Assembly (NCBI GenBank): GCA_965603395.1
Contig: CBFDCV010000001.1
Location: 5,389-69,388, forward strand
DNA from: an uncultured candidate division WWE3 bacterium
Lineage (GTDB): Bacteria > Patescibacteriota > WWE3 > UBA101185 > UBA10185
Direction of reading: 5' to 3'
DNA: 64,000 nt
In this document: in pieces, positions 20,090 through 30,157 of the stretch
How the letters are laid out: the number at the start of each line of letters is the position of its first letter
Position numbering within the stretch: the stretch's first letter is position 1
Notes under the pieces: model-generated
What the model was told of the DNA's origin: nothing
Databases searched by the model: none
What the model saw: only the letters and a program-made list of their open reading frames with translations
Position numbers and translations under genes: made by a program

Positions 20090-20353
20090 CTATAGGTCTA
20101 CACTGTGGTCAAAGTCCCCAACACCGCCAAGCAGCCAGTTGACTATTACCGTACCAATCCCAATTAGTATAAGGGACAACAACCAGGCGCCTATATACAC
20201 TAGATGGAATTTGGTGTGGGCTACGTCCGTAAACAAGTTAAAAATCGCACGAATCGCACCTGCAAAAGCCACCAGCCAGAAAACACACAACATAATATTG
20301 AATCTAATAAGAAGCTTCTCTTCCGGGTCACGTTTTCTCTCTATTTTCTTCAT
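20090..20353 (-). CDS. Small 2-TM hypothetical protein
   Basis: SD AGGAG upstream; two hydrophobic helices. Confidence 0.6.
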   Translation of the reverse strand: MKKIERKRDPEEKLLIRFNIMLCVFWLVAFAGAIRAIFNLFTDVAHTKFHLVYIGAWLLSLILIGIGTVIVNWLLGGVGDFDHSVDL

Positions 20354-20398
20354 ATCCCTTCTCCTGTGGTTTAAATTGGTTTAAGCTATAATCCTTAT

Positions 20399-23260
20399 AT
20401 GCCAAATCAGAAGAAATTGCAACTCAACTTGGAGCAAATAAAGGCCGTGGAACACGTTTCCGGACCAATTTTAGTAGTAGCAGGAGCAGGTACAGGTAAG
20501 ACTAGGGTCATTTCGGAACGTATAAAACACCTCATAAATAAAAAAGAAATAAGTTCTAAGGAAATACTAGCTTTAACTTTCACAGAAAAAGCGGCCCAGG
20601 AAATGTCAAATAGAGTGGCTGATGTCATGCCATTGGGATATGAAGAGCCCTGGATCAGTACTTTCCATGCCTTTGCGGATAGAATATTAAAAGCTGAGGG
20701 TTTGGAAATGGGCTTGGACCCGACATTTAAAATATTATCCGGTCCTGATCAGTGGCTTCTTTTTAGAAAAAATCTTTTCCAATTTGATCTGAAATACTTT
20801 AGGCCCTTAGGTAACCCCACAAAATTTATTTCCGCCATACTAAAGTTTGTCTCACGATTGCAGGATGAGTACATTAGTCCCAAAGAACTCGAAGAATTTG
20901 CACAGAACTTTGAAGGGGCGGGTGAAGAAAAAGAGCGGTGGCTTGAGCTAGCTTACATTTATAAAAAGTATGAGGAGATAAAAATAGCTAACTCAAAAAT
21001 GGATTTTGGAAACTTGATCAGCTGGTGTATAAAACTTTTCGATGATAGACCAAATGTACTAAATAAATACTGTGAACAATTCAAGCATGTATTACTGGAT
21101 GAGTTTCAAGACACTAATTACGCACAATATTTACTGATAAAACGTTTGTGCCCTGAGACTATGGGAAAAAGAAGTTTGTTAGTAGTAGGTGATGATTCTC
21201 AGTCTATTTACAAATTCAGGGGTGCTGCCGTTTCAAATATTTTAGAATTCATGAAGGATTACCCAAAGGCGGAAATGATCACTTTAACTAAAAACTACCG
21301 CTCTACACAACAAATTCTAGATCCTGCCTACAAATTAATACAAAATAACAACCCCGACACCTTAGAATCCAAACTTGGCATATCAAAAAAACTAACCACT
21401 ACACAAAAGGAAGAGAGAAGTACTCCTCAAGTATTACAAACAGAAACAATAGAAGATGAGGTTGAGCTTGTCATTTCAAAAATTTACGAAGTCTTAGCTA
21501 AAGAACCCTCCTATACATATAGGGACGTGGCAATACTAGCCAGAGCCAACGGTCACCTAGACGCTTATGTTATGGCCTTGAGAAAATACGGCCTTCCTTA
21601 TCAGCTAGTCGGTAACCGTGGTTTATACGATCAAGATGAGATAAGAGACATCTTAGCGTTACTAAAAGTTATTGTTAATCCCAAAGACTCTATCAGCCTA
21701 TACCGCGCCCTAAACATCGATTCATTTGCCATTCCCCAAAAGATCATAACCGGGCTGCTATCTCAGTCAAAATATAAGAAAACTGACATTTGGGAGCTAA
21801 TTCCTGATTACAAAAATCCTGAACTGGAAAACTTTCACCAATTAATAACCAGGTATCAAGACAAAATTACTAAAGCCCTGCCTGTGCAACTTGTCTATGA
21901 TCTAGTACACGAATCGGGCTATTTAAACATTTACCTGGAAGAAGAGACCATAGAAAATATACTTAGTATTAAAAACCTTGATCTCTTTTTAAACGTGGTT
22001 AAGAAGTTTGAAATTGACTATAGATCAGACAGCAATGAGCTCCCCACACTAGTGAACTTAGTGGACTACATAGAGATGCTTATTGAGGCCGGTGATAGCC
22101 CCGCTCAAGCGGAAATCGAAGACATAGACACTATCAACCTGCTCACTGTGCACTCCGCTAAGGGGCTGGAATTCCCTGTGGTATTTTTAGTCAACTTGGT
22201 CACAGGAAGATTCCCAACCAGAAATCGTAAAGATATGATCCGAATGCCTGACGAATTAGTTAAAGAAACACTACCTACAGGGGATGAGCACCTGCAAGAA
22301 GAGCGAAGGCTGTTTTATGTAGGCATGACAAGAGCAAAAAAATATTTGTACATGGTAATGGCAAAAAACTACGGCGGTGTGAGAGAAAGAAAACCTTGCG
22401 GCTATGTTGAAGAAACCGGTCTTACCTTAGAAGAAGTTCAAGCGGATGAAATTGCCTCCAAGAAAGTAGGCCAAAAGCCTCTTTTCGGGGTTGAGTCAGG
22501 TTTTAAGGATCCCGTTTTGGCAAAACTTGATTTTACACCCAGATTTTTAAGTTATTCTCAAATAGACACTTACAAAATCTGCCCCCTTAGATACAAATAT
22601 AGCTATGTACTCAAAGTCCCTGCTTCGCCCAGCCATAATCTAAGTTTTGGCATAACCATCCACGACACTTTGCGCGATTTTCATTCCAGGCAGATTTTCG
22701 ATGATGTTTCTTTAGACGATTTACTAAAAATGTATGAGAACAATTGGCAGCCTCTAGGGTATATGGATGAAGATCATAGAAATCACAGATTCGAGGATGG
22801 TAAGAAGTTATTAGAAACGTACTATAATAGGCATAAAGACGACAAGAAAAAACCTCTGGAGTTGGAAAAATCGTTTAATTTGAAGATTGGCGGTATAAGA
22901 TTTTACGGCAGAATAGACCGCATAGACAAGCTGGATGGCGGCGTTGAGATCATCGACTATAAAACCGGAAATACCAAAACTCAAAAAGATGTGGACAAGG
23001 ATGACCAGATTGCTTTTTACGCCATTGCTGCCAAAGAAGCGTTAGGTGTGGAACCAAAAAAACTTACCTACTACTTTTTAGAGAGCGGAGAGAGGATTTC
23101 CACAACCAGAACCGACAAGCAATTAGAAAATAAAAAGCAGGAGGCAGGACAGATCGTAGAAGATATTAAAAAAGGAGAGTTTACAGCTAGTCCCGGTATG
23201 CAATGTAGTTGGTGCGATTACAAAGAAATTTGTCCTTTTGCTTACAAAGGAAGTTCCTGA
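20399..23260 (+). CDS. UvrD-family helicase fused to a C-terminal PD-(D/E)XK nuclease with a 4-Cys Fe-S staple (AdnB/AddA-like)
   Basis: AGAGTGKT, DEFQD, TVHSAKGLEF, EERRLFYV; then GRIDRID, IIDYKTG and C...CxxC-x5-C. Confidence 0.92.
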   Translation: MPNQKKLQLNLEQIKAVEHVSGPILVVAGAGTGKTRVISERIKHLINKKEISSKEILALTFTEKAAQEMSNRVADVMPLGYEEPWISTFHAFADRILKAEGLEMGLDPTFKILSGPDQWLLFRKNLFQFDLKYFRPLGNPTKFISAILKFVSRLQDEYISPKELEEFAQNFEGAGEEKERWLELAYIYKKYEEIKIANSKMDFGNLISWCIKLFDDRPNVLNKYCEQFKHVLLDEFQDTNYAQYLLIKRLCPETMGKRSLLVVGDDSQSIYKFRGAAVSNILEFMKDYPKAEMITLTKNYRSTQQILDPAYKLIQNNNPDTLESKLGISKKLTTTQKEERSTPQVLQTETIEDEVELVISKIYEVLAKEPSYTYRDVAILARANGHLDAYVMALRKYGLPYQLVGNRGLYDQDEIRDILALLKVIVNPKDSISLYRALNIDSFAIPQKIITGLLSQSKYKKTDIWELIPDYKNPELENFHQLITRYQDKITKALPVQLVYDLVHESGYLNIYLEEETIENILSIKNLDLFLNVVKKFEIDYRSDSNELPTLVNLVDYIEMLIEAGDSPAQAEIEDIDTINLLTVHSAKGLEFPVVFLVNLVTGRFPTRNRKDMIRMPDELVKETLPTGDEHLQEERRLFYVGMTRAKKYLYMVMAKNYGGVRERKPCGYVEETGLTLEEVQADEIASKKVGQKPLFGVESGFKDPVLAKLDFTPRFLSYSQIDTYKICPLRYKYSYVLKVPASPSHNLSFGITIHDTLRDFHSRQIFDDVSLDDLLKMYENNWQPLGYMDEDHRNHRFEDGKKLLETYYNRHKDDKKKPLELEKSFNLKIGGIRFYGRIDRIDKLDGGVEIIDYKTGNTKTQKDVDKDDQIAFYAIAAKEALGVEPKKLTYYFLESGERISTTRTDKQLENKKQEAGQIVEDIKKGEFTASPGMQCSWCDYKEICPFAYKGSS

Positions 23261-24141
23261 TACTTAGAAAAGAATTTTAAAACCGGATTGTAGTATTTAA
23301 TGTAGGGCGGAGGCAGTCTTAGCACGGTCCCTCCAAATTTCTCCTTGAAGTGACTGAACCCTCCCCAATTTTTTGTAAATACAGGAAACCTTTCGTCATC
23401 GATCCCCTCTAAATCAATATATTTATATCCAAGTTTCTTAAAATATAATATTGACTCCCACATAAGCAGATATCCTCCTTTACCCTTCCTACCTAGCTTA
23501 GTAGTGCCACCATGTAAAAAGGTAGCTATGCCCTTCCAACCAAAATAAACCTTTGCACTAACCAATTCCCCTTTTGAATCGTAGACCTCGAGCAAGAAGG
23601 AATCCTCTTTAAAAATATCTCTTTTTTTAAGTAAGTCTTTGTAAGGTTGCACATAAAATTTTCCTCTTTTACCGGTTGCTTTAACCAGTACATAGAATTT
23701 GTCCAGTTGTGACTTTTTGGGATCTCTTGTTACCTTTATATTATTCCCCTCTCTCCTAGCTCTATTTACAGAATACTTGCCGCTTTTAGACACGTTTCCC
23801 CAAAGCTCTTCTTCACTCTTTTCAAGCTCAATGAGCATGGTTGAGGGCGGGCTTAATGGAAAGCTGCTTGTTACATATCCTCTTTTAGTGAGAAGGCTTT
23901 CGTCCTGACCAAAACTTGGTTCGATCTTATTAAAAATGCACTTTTTCCCGGTACAAATTTCTTCAATCTCTTCCAAATCCTTTTCGCAAAAGTTTTTAGG
24001 TCTTTGAATTTTTGATACTGTACCAAAAGGAGTTCTCATAATGGCGATCTTTATTCCGGAAGTTGTATCCACTATATTCCATTTGAGAAACTTCAAATAT
24101 TGCTCCCATGGCTTTGATTGTCTTATACTCTCATAATTCAC
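23242..24141 (-). CDS. FemABX-family peptidoglycan bridge peptidyltransferase
   Basis: QSKPW, YSVNRA, LMWESI, GFSHFKEKFGG. Confidence 0.85.
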   Translation of the reverse strand: MNYESIRQSKPWEQYLKFLKWNIVDTTSGIKIAIMRTPFGTVSKIQRPKNFCEKDLEEIEEICTGKKCIFNKIEPSFGQDESLLTKRGYVTSSFPLSPPSTMLIELEKSEEELWGNVSKSGKYSVNRARREGNNIKVTRDPKKSQLDKFYVLVKATGKRGKFYVQPYKDLLKKRDIFKEDSFLLEVYDSKGELVSAKVYFGWKGIATFLHGGTTKLGRKGKGGYLLMWESILYFKKLGYKYIDLEGIDDERFPVFTKNWGGFSHFKEKFGGTVLRLPPPYIKYYNPVLKFFSKYQELPL

Positions 24142-25079
24142 TTTATGAGCCCTAACTCAAGTAAATTCCATCTTATATTGTTTAATCGAGTAAAAATGTA
24201 GTGCATGGGCCAATTAATTACTAAATCATATGAATCTATATATTTTACATGTCTGCCATTAAACTTGGTTTTGAAGTTGGTAAATCCGTAGTAAGGATCT
24301 TTCTTATCTTCAAGGTCTTCTGCAGCACCCCACATATCAAAAACCTCACAACCCTTACTCTTACCAAACCTTATGCTTTCCCATCCCAAAGCATTACTGG
24401 CAAACAAATTTTTGTGTCTTTCCGAAGATCCTCCGTAGGGATAATATATGGTCTTTTCGTAAATGAATAACATCCAAGAACCAAGTGCTTCTCCTTCATA
24501 TTTTGCGGTTAGTATGTGGCACATATCTTTAGGATGAAGTTCGTCCCATATAATTTTGTAGTACTGTCTTGGTCTTACAAAGTAGTTTTGTCTCAAAGCT
24601 GTTTTTTTCAATAACTCATAAAATCCTTCAAAGTCCTCTTCGTTTTCAGCCAATTCAATCACCACGCCCTTTTTTAAAGCATACCTGGCATTGTACCTGT
24701 GCTTTGAATGCATTCTTTTAAATAATTCCTCCTCAGATGCTTTTAGGTCCAACAAAATATTAGCCTTGGCGAATTCAGAGCGGACGGCTTTTTTGCAATG
24801 CTTTTTTAAGATATCAACCGCTTTAATTTCCTCATTCGAACCTTTTATTACATTTGGAACATCAAAAGTCAGGCCGATGCACTTATTTTGTTTTAATGAA
24901 GCTTTCAGTTTTTCAATATCCACCTTCACAGGATTAACTCTAGGACAATAAGCATAGTTATAATTAGTTTTGGGAATCTTATGCATGGTGTAATAAATAT
25001 CACCCACTTTTACTGATTCACTACCATATTTTGTTTTTACATTTGCCCACTCATCAGACTGAACAATGTGCTTATACAT
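24138..25079 (-). CDS. FemABX-family peptidoglycan bridge peptidyltransferase
   Basis: QSDEW, RYNARYA, YPYGGS, FDMWG, GFTNFKTKFNG. Confidence 0.88.
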   Translation of the reverse strand: MYKHIVQSDEWANVKTKYGSESVKVGDIYYTMHKIPKTNYNYAYCPRVNPVKVDIEKLKASLKQNKCIGLTFDVPNVIKGSNEEIKAVDILKKHCKKAVRSEFAKANILLDLKASEEELFKRMHSKHRYNARYALKKGVVIELAENEEDFEGFYELLKKTALRQNYFVRPRQYYKIIWDELHPKDMCHILTAKYEGEALGSWMLFIYEKTIYYPYGGSSERHKNLFASNALGWESIRFGKSKGCEVFDMWGAAEDLEDKKDPYYGFTNFKTKFNGRHVKYIDSYDLVINWPMHYIFTRLNNIRWNLLELGLIK

Positions 25080-25143
25080 GGTGGTAGTATAGAATTTTTA
25101 TCCCTTGCTTACAAGATAAAAAGTGTGTTAACTTATCATAGTA

Positions 25144-25923
25144 ATGAATACAAAGGAAATTATTATCAGCGTAATTGCACTAATACTCCTTTTGATAGGA
25201 TTGTTTTTTCTTATACGATTTGGAAGAAATAGGTCCGATTCTGCGAAGGAAGCACAAGAGATAGATTCAGGAGCTGTACCAACTACAGAAAACCTGGATT
25301 CCGGAGACGAGCTTGATTCAAGTTTTTCAAACGACCTTTCATTTGAAAAAACCGATGGAACAGGCGATGATACTAACATGGAAGGCTTCGAATCAAAAAG
25401 AACACAGGCAGACAAAAAGCTAGAACCACCTGCTTTTAGACTAAAAGATGGAGTGGATTATCAGGCCGTCATTCAAACCTCTATGGGAGACATAAAGGTA
25501 GACCTGTTCGAAAAAGAAACTCCTATTACCGTAAATAATTTTGTTCACTTGGCTAATATAGCTTTTTATGATGGTTTAATATTTCACCGTGTCATTCCTG
25601 ACTTCATGATACAAGGGGGAGATCCGCTGGGCAGCGGTGCCGGTGGTCCTGGCTACTCTTTTGAAGATGAGATCATTACCGGTCTTCATCTTGTAAAAGG
25701 CACATTGGCTATGGCTAACTCCGGTAAAGACACTAATGGAAGTCAATTTTTTATAGTAACCAAGAAGGCTGTTCCCTGGCTTGATGGAGACCACACAAAC
25801 TTTGGGCAGGTTATGGAGGGTCAAAACATAGCGGATGAGATATCTTTAGTGGATGCTGATCCCAAAAATAATAAGCCCAATGAAGACGTGGTTATTAAAA
25901 CAATTGTTATTTTGGAAAATTGA
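25144..25923 (+). CDS. Membrane-anchored cyclophilin-type peptidyl-prolyl isomerase
   Basis: FHRVIPDFMIQGGDP, AMANSG, NGSQFFI; N-terminal TM. Confidence 0.95.
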   Translation: MNTKEIIISVIALILLLIGLFFLIRFGRNRSDSAKEAQEIDSGAVPTTENLDSGDELDSSFSNDLSFEKTDGTGDDTNMEGFESKRTQADKKLEPPAFRLKDGVDYQAVIQTSMGDIKVDLFEKETPITVNNFVHLANIAFYDGLIFHRVIPDFMIQGGDPLGSGAGGPGYSFEDEIITGLHLVKGTLAMANSGKDTNGSQFFIVTKKAVPWLDGDHTNFGQVMEGQNIADEISLVDADPKNNKPNEDVVIKTIVILEN

Positions 25924-26683
25924 TCTCAGCTTTTTCATAAAGCTTAATCCAATTTTTTACCTCGATGTGTTGCGGACGTAGCTTTTCGTCTATACCTAAC
26001 TCTTTCAACATTTTTTTGGAAAATACCTTATTTAGCATTTTTCTAGGTTTTGAAAAGGCTTTATGTAAAAATTCCTCATAGTTCATAAGTTCCTTTTCTG
26101 CTATGGGTGGGTTTTTAATCTTAGTCATCCTTATTATGACGCCATCTACTTTCGGTATGGGTTCAAAAAAAGATCTGGGAACTATTTCTAAAACTTTAAT
26201 TTTGTAGAAAGTTTGTAAATAAACAGACAAGTAAGACGCTTTGGGGGCTTTGGCTGAGATTTTCCTTCCTACCTCTTTTTGCATAAGTAAAACACAAATA
26301 GAGATGTTGCCTTTATGCCTGGCCACTGCGTGTAGTATGGGGGAAGTTATGTAATAAGGAAGCGAGCCTATGACTTTAAACTCCTTACCCGGCCTAAATC
26401 TAGGCAACCAGCTAAGAACGTCAGCCTTGAAAATTGTTAAGTTCTTCTGCTTTGAAAATCTTTTTTTTAACTCTTTAACATATCTTTCATCGATTTCTAT
26501 AGCTTGAACTTTAGTCTTTTTCTTTTTTGCTTCTTTAACTAATATTTTAGTGAGAGCTCCCAACCCGGCACCAATTTCTACCACCAAATCGTTTTTTTCC
26601 ATCCCTAAGGCATTTACCATGTTACTTGCTACGCCTGATTCGATAATAAAATTCTGACCCAGCCCTTTTATAGGTTTAAGCAT
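25907..26683 (-). CDS. rsmA: 16S rRNA dimethyladenosine transferase
   Basis: LGQNF, EIGAGLGALT, SLPYYITS, PKVD. Confidence 0.95.
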   Translation of the reverse strand: MLKPIKGLGQNFIIESGVASNMVNALGMEKNDLVVEIGAGLGALTKILVKEAKKKKTKVQAIEIDERYVKELKKRFSKQKNLTIFKADVLSWLPRFRPGKEFKVIGSLPYYITSPILHAVARHKGNISICVLLMQKEVGRKISAKAPKASYLSVYLQTFYKIKVLEIVPRSFFEPIPKVDGVIIRMTKIKNPPIAEKELMNYEEFLHKAFSKPRKMLNKVFSKKMLKELGIDEKLRPQHIEVKNWIKLYEKAEINFPK

Positions 26684-26721
26684 ATGCTAGTCAAGTATAC
26701 TACAGCGTAGATAAGTAATTA

Positions 26722-27447
26722 TTAAGGCTCGTTGTCCATGAGGTAAATATCAACGTAGCCGGTGCGCCAAGGGGCCGTACGGTGATCTTTGTAGGCAAGA
26801 TCAATTTTATTTCCTTTTATAGCGCCCCCTACATCCAAGGCCTGGCATTTCCCGTACCCCGGAACATAAAAATGCGTGTACATATCTATTACAGTAGGGT
26901 CTACTGCGCAAACTCCCTGTTGTACGGGCGCACCCAGGGCAGTAGTATTATTACAACCTTCGCAAGTGGAATCGTATTTAGTGGCCCACACCCTCATCTT
27001 ATACCAATATTTTATTTTTCCGTATTCAGGGGTACTTAGCTTTTTCCACACGATTTTTTTCCCTTTTGAAACAATTTGAGTTGTGGGCTCTTTTACTTCT
27101 GTGTTAAGTACTGTTTTGTCGATGATGTCATCGACCCAATACGTTACAAGAAAGGTTTTAGTTATCAACCCTTCCTCCCCCGGTCTTTGTATTTCCTCTT
27201 TACCATACTCCAACTCTTCATCGTCTTCATATACTATCTCGAAGGGAATTGTATCGTGTTCATCCACTTCCATTTGGTCAAAGGCAGTGGTCGTCACAAT
27301 CTCAGGTTTGTATGTGGTCCGGGTCTGGTAAACTTCGTCCCTTATAGTGTCTGCGCCCAATACCTGACCTTCGTCAACTAAAATGTTTTTGTATAAAAAT
27401 ACGGTCGTGTAAATTACCTGCAGTATGATTAATATTCTATATATCAT
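26722..27447 (-). CDS. G5 plus 3D domain protein
   Basis: G5-like QRPGEEG; 3D-like AVDP, VPGYG, DVGGAIKGNKID. Confidence 0.88.
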   Translation of the reverse strand: MIYRILIILQVIYTTVFLYKNILVDEGQVLGADTIRDEVYQTRTTYKPEIVTTTAFDQMEVDEHDTIPFEIVYEDDEELEYGKEEIQRPGEEGLITKTFLVTYWVDDIIDKTVLNTEVKEPTTQIVSKGKKIVWKKLSTPEYGKIKYWYKMRVWATKYDSTCEGCNNTTALGAPVQQGVCAVDPTVIDMYTHFYVPGYGKCQALDVGGAIKGNKIDLAYKDHRTAPWRTGYVDIYLMDNEP

Positions 27448-27448
27448 G

Positions 27449-29392
27449 TTATTCCCAACTGAAATTCCTTCTATCAAGCTCTAGGTTATCAAGAAAATCG
27501 TCCACGTTTTGGTTGCTCTTATAGGGATCTGTATAGTAACCCACATTTTCTATTAATTCTTGTGGGATCTCTAGTAAAAACCGGCTGGGAAGATTGCTTT
27601 GGCGGGTACCAAAGTACATTCGATTATAGGCTCTGGTTAGATACACCTGTTTCTTTGCCCTAGTTAGAGCCACATAACAAAGTCTTCTTTCTTCCTCCAT
27701 CTCGTCTTTCTCCATGATAGAATTGGCGTGCGGAAATAAACCCTCTTCCATACCAACCACAAAAACCACGGGAAATTCCAAACCCTTGGAAGCGTGAACA
27801 GTCATCAACGTAACCGATTCATAAATATCAGGGTTTGCTTTGTTTGAGCTTTCTATCAGCGCTACGTTTTCCAGAAAATCTTCTAAGTTGACAAACTGCT
27901 GAGCCACGGACCTGAGCTCTTTTATGTTTTCTATCCTGAACTTTCCTTCATCCGAACCATCGTCCAACCATTTTATGTAGCCCGTATCTTCCAGCAACAT
28001 TTCCATAAGCTCTAAGGTTGATTTACTTTCTTTTTCTTGCAACCATTTGGTAACAGGTAGTCCTGACTTTTGTTCTATGCTACCAATGTCCCAATTAGTT
28101 TCCTTTAAAATCTCCACACTTTTTTGCCCGATTTTTCTTGGTGGCACATTAATGATCCTCTCCCACGATATGCTGTCCTTAGGATTGTGAATCACTCTCA
28201 AATACGCAATTACGTCTTTTATTTCTTTCCTTGAATAAAATCTTAGGCCGCCCACAATTTTGTAAGGTATGTTGTTTTTAATAAAGTGTTCTTCCAAGTT
28301 TCTTGATTGAGCGTTTGTTCTGTAAAGTACAGCTATTTCTTTGTAAGCCACGTCTTCTTGACGTTTTTGCAATACTTTTTCAGCTACAAACTGTGCCTCT
28401 TCAAATTCTGATAATCCGGTAAAGTTGGTAATTTTTTCTCCTCCCTCTTGGTCCGTCCAAAGATCTAAAGGTATGTATGTTGAGTTGTTTTTTATGACGT
28501 TTTTAGCTGCATCTAAAATGTTTTGTGTGGATCGGTAATTTCTTTCCAGGTTATAAACTTTCACATCAGAGTAGTCATTTTGGAAGTGTAGTATGTTTCT
28601 GTAATCAGCCCCTCTAAACCCATAAATAGCCTGTGACATATCTCCCACTACATATAGATTTTTATGTTTTTGGGCCAAAAGTTTTGTTAGAACGTATTGT
28701 GCACGATTAGTATCCTGGTATTCATCAACCAGTAAATATTTAAACTGGTCTTGAAATTTTTCCAACACTCGCGGTTCCTTTCTAAAAAGGTTTACAGTTT
28801 CGAACAATAAATCATCAAAGTCCAAAGCATTGTTTTCTCTTATACGTTTTTGGTACTCGCGGTAGATCTTGGCTACACTTCTTTGAAAGTACCCTTGTAC
28901 AAATGTTTCGTAAGTTTCTGCATCGATTAGCTCTGATTTTGCACTAGAAATCATAGCGTGCACGGCACGTGGTTTGATCTTTTTGATATCCATACCAAAA
29001 TCTTTAATTATTTGTTTGGTGAGAGAAATGGAGTCGTCCTGATCGTAAATTACATAAGAAATGGGAATTCCTAGATAAAAACCGTGTTTTCTTAGGATAC
29101 GGGCACAAATGGAGTGAAAAGTACCGCTCCAAGCCAGTTTTTGGTCTTTACCTAACAGTTTGTGCACACGTCCTTGTACTTCCTTGGCCGCTTTATTAGT
29201 AAAGGTTACACACAAAATTTCTTCTTGGCCTATGCCGTGTTCTGTTATTAAGTAAGCAACCCTGTGTGTCAAAACCCTAGTCTTACCGCTTCCCGGCCCC
29301 GCCACTACTAAAGCGGGCCCATCTAAATGCTTAACGGCCTCTATTTGCTGAGAATTTAAGTCTTTGAGAATCTTTGGGTTTTGTTCTGGCAC
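27449..29392 (-). CDS. pcrA: ATP-dependent DNA helicase PcrA/UvrD
   Basis: AGPGSGKT, DEYQDTN, LYRTNAQSR, HASKGLEF, EEERRL. Confidence 0.95.
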   Translation of the reverse strand: MPEQNPKILKDLNSQQIEAVKHLDGPALVVAGPGSGKTRVLTHRVAYLITEHGIGQEEILCVTFTNKAAKEVQGRVHKLLGKDQKLAWSGTFHSICARILRKHGFYLGIPISYVIYDQDDSISLTKQIIKDFGMDIKKIKPRAVHAMISSAKSELIDAETYETFVQGYFQRSVAKIYREYQKRIRENNALDFDDLLFETVNLFRKEPRVLEKFQDQFKYLLVDEYQDTNRAQYVLTKLLAQKHKNLYVVGDMSQAIYGFRGADYRNILHFQNDYSDVKVYNLERNYRSTQNILDAAKNVIKNNSTYIPLDLWTDQEGGEKITNFTGLSEFEEAQFVAEKVLQKRQEDVAYKEIAVLYRTNAQSRNLEEHFIKNNIPYKIVGGLRFYSRKEIKDVIAYLRVIHNPKDSISWERIINVPPRKIGQKSVEILKETNWDIGSIEQKSGLPVTKWLQEKESKSTLELMEMLLEDTGYIKWLDDGSDEGKFRIENIKELRSVAQQFVNLEDFLENVALIESSNKANPDIYESVTLMTVHASKGLEFPVVFVVGMEEGLFPHANSIMEKDEMEEERRLCYVALTRAKKQVYLTRAYNRMYFGTRQSNLPSRFLLEIPQELIENVGYYTDPYKSNQNVDDFLDNLELDRRNFSWE

Positions 29393-29460
29393 AGAAATAT
29401 TTTAGCACGGATAAAAATTATGTTTGATTAGATTGATTTTTTACCTTATTATTTCTGTGT

Positions 29461-29796
29461 ATGAAATTTCTAATCAAGCTTCTCATAGCTACACTGGCTG
29501 TATTTTTAAGTGCTTATTTAATTCCCGGTGTGTCCGTAGATGGTTTTCAAACTGCGTTTATAGTGGCCATTGTCTTAGGCGTACTAAATGTGTTTTTAAA
29601 ACCTCTGCTTGTATTGCTAACTCTTCCGGTTACCTTACTCACCTTGGGACTGTTTTCTTTTGTGATAAACATAGCTCTTATTTACTTGGCTGCTTACATC
29701 GTGCCCGGATTCAACGTAGCTACTATACTGGCCGCACTCCTTTTTGGCTTACTGGTATCACTAATAAGCTCATTTCTTAACTTGCTGGCTAAATAA
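29461..29796 (+). CDS. YvlD-like 4-TM membrane protein (so-called phage holin family)
   Basis: LNVFLKPLLVLLTLPVTLLTLGLFSFVIN signature. Confidence 0.85.
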   Translation: MKFLIKLLIATLAVFLSAYLIPGVSVDGFQTAFIVAIVLGVLNVFLKPLLVLLTLPVTLLTLGLFSFVINIALIYLAAYIVPGFNVATILAALLFGLLVSLISSFLNLLAK

Positions 29797-29863
29797 AAGC
29801 GGTTAGGTTTGTCTGGTGTGGTAATATATCTTTTGTAGCAATTTCCTCGGAGATTTTAAAGAT

Positions 29864-30130
29864 ATGCTAACTCTAATAGATTTTTATGCGGACTGGTGCG
29901 GTCCCTGCAAAATTATGGAACCCATATTTACCGACATAAAAAAAGATTATGAAGGTAAAGTCACTTTTAAAAAAGTGGATGTAGAGGCAAACTCTGCTGA
30001 AGCCGGCAAGTACAGTGTCATGGGTATTCCTACTTTCGTTTTATTAAAAGGTGAAGAAGAAGTATCCAGAAAAGTCGGTGCTGTGCCAAAAGACATTTTA
30101 ACAAATTGGCTTGATTCTAACCTTAAATAA
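29864..30130 (+). CDS. trxA: Thioredoxin
   Basis: FYADWCGPCK, GIPT. Confidence 0.95.
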   Translation: MLTLIDFYADWCGPCKIMEPIFTDIKKDYEGKVTFKKVDVEANSAEAGKYSVMGIPTFVLLKGEEEVSRKVGAVPKDILTNWLDSNLK

Positions 30131-30157
30131 TTTCTTAAAAAAGTATACAATTAGATC

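Noticed and set aside
29461-29796. Prophage suggested by the holin-family and baseplate-J-like genes
   Set aside because: The two genes are about 20 kb apart among housekeeping genes, with no integrase, terminase, capsid or tail genes; YvlD-type proteins are ordinary chromosomal membrane proteins.
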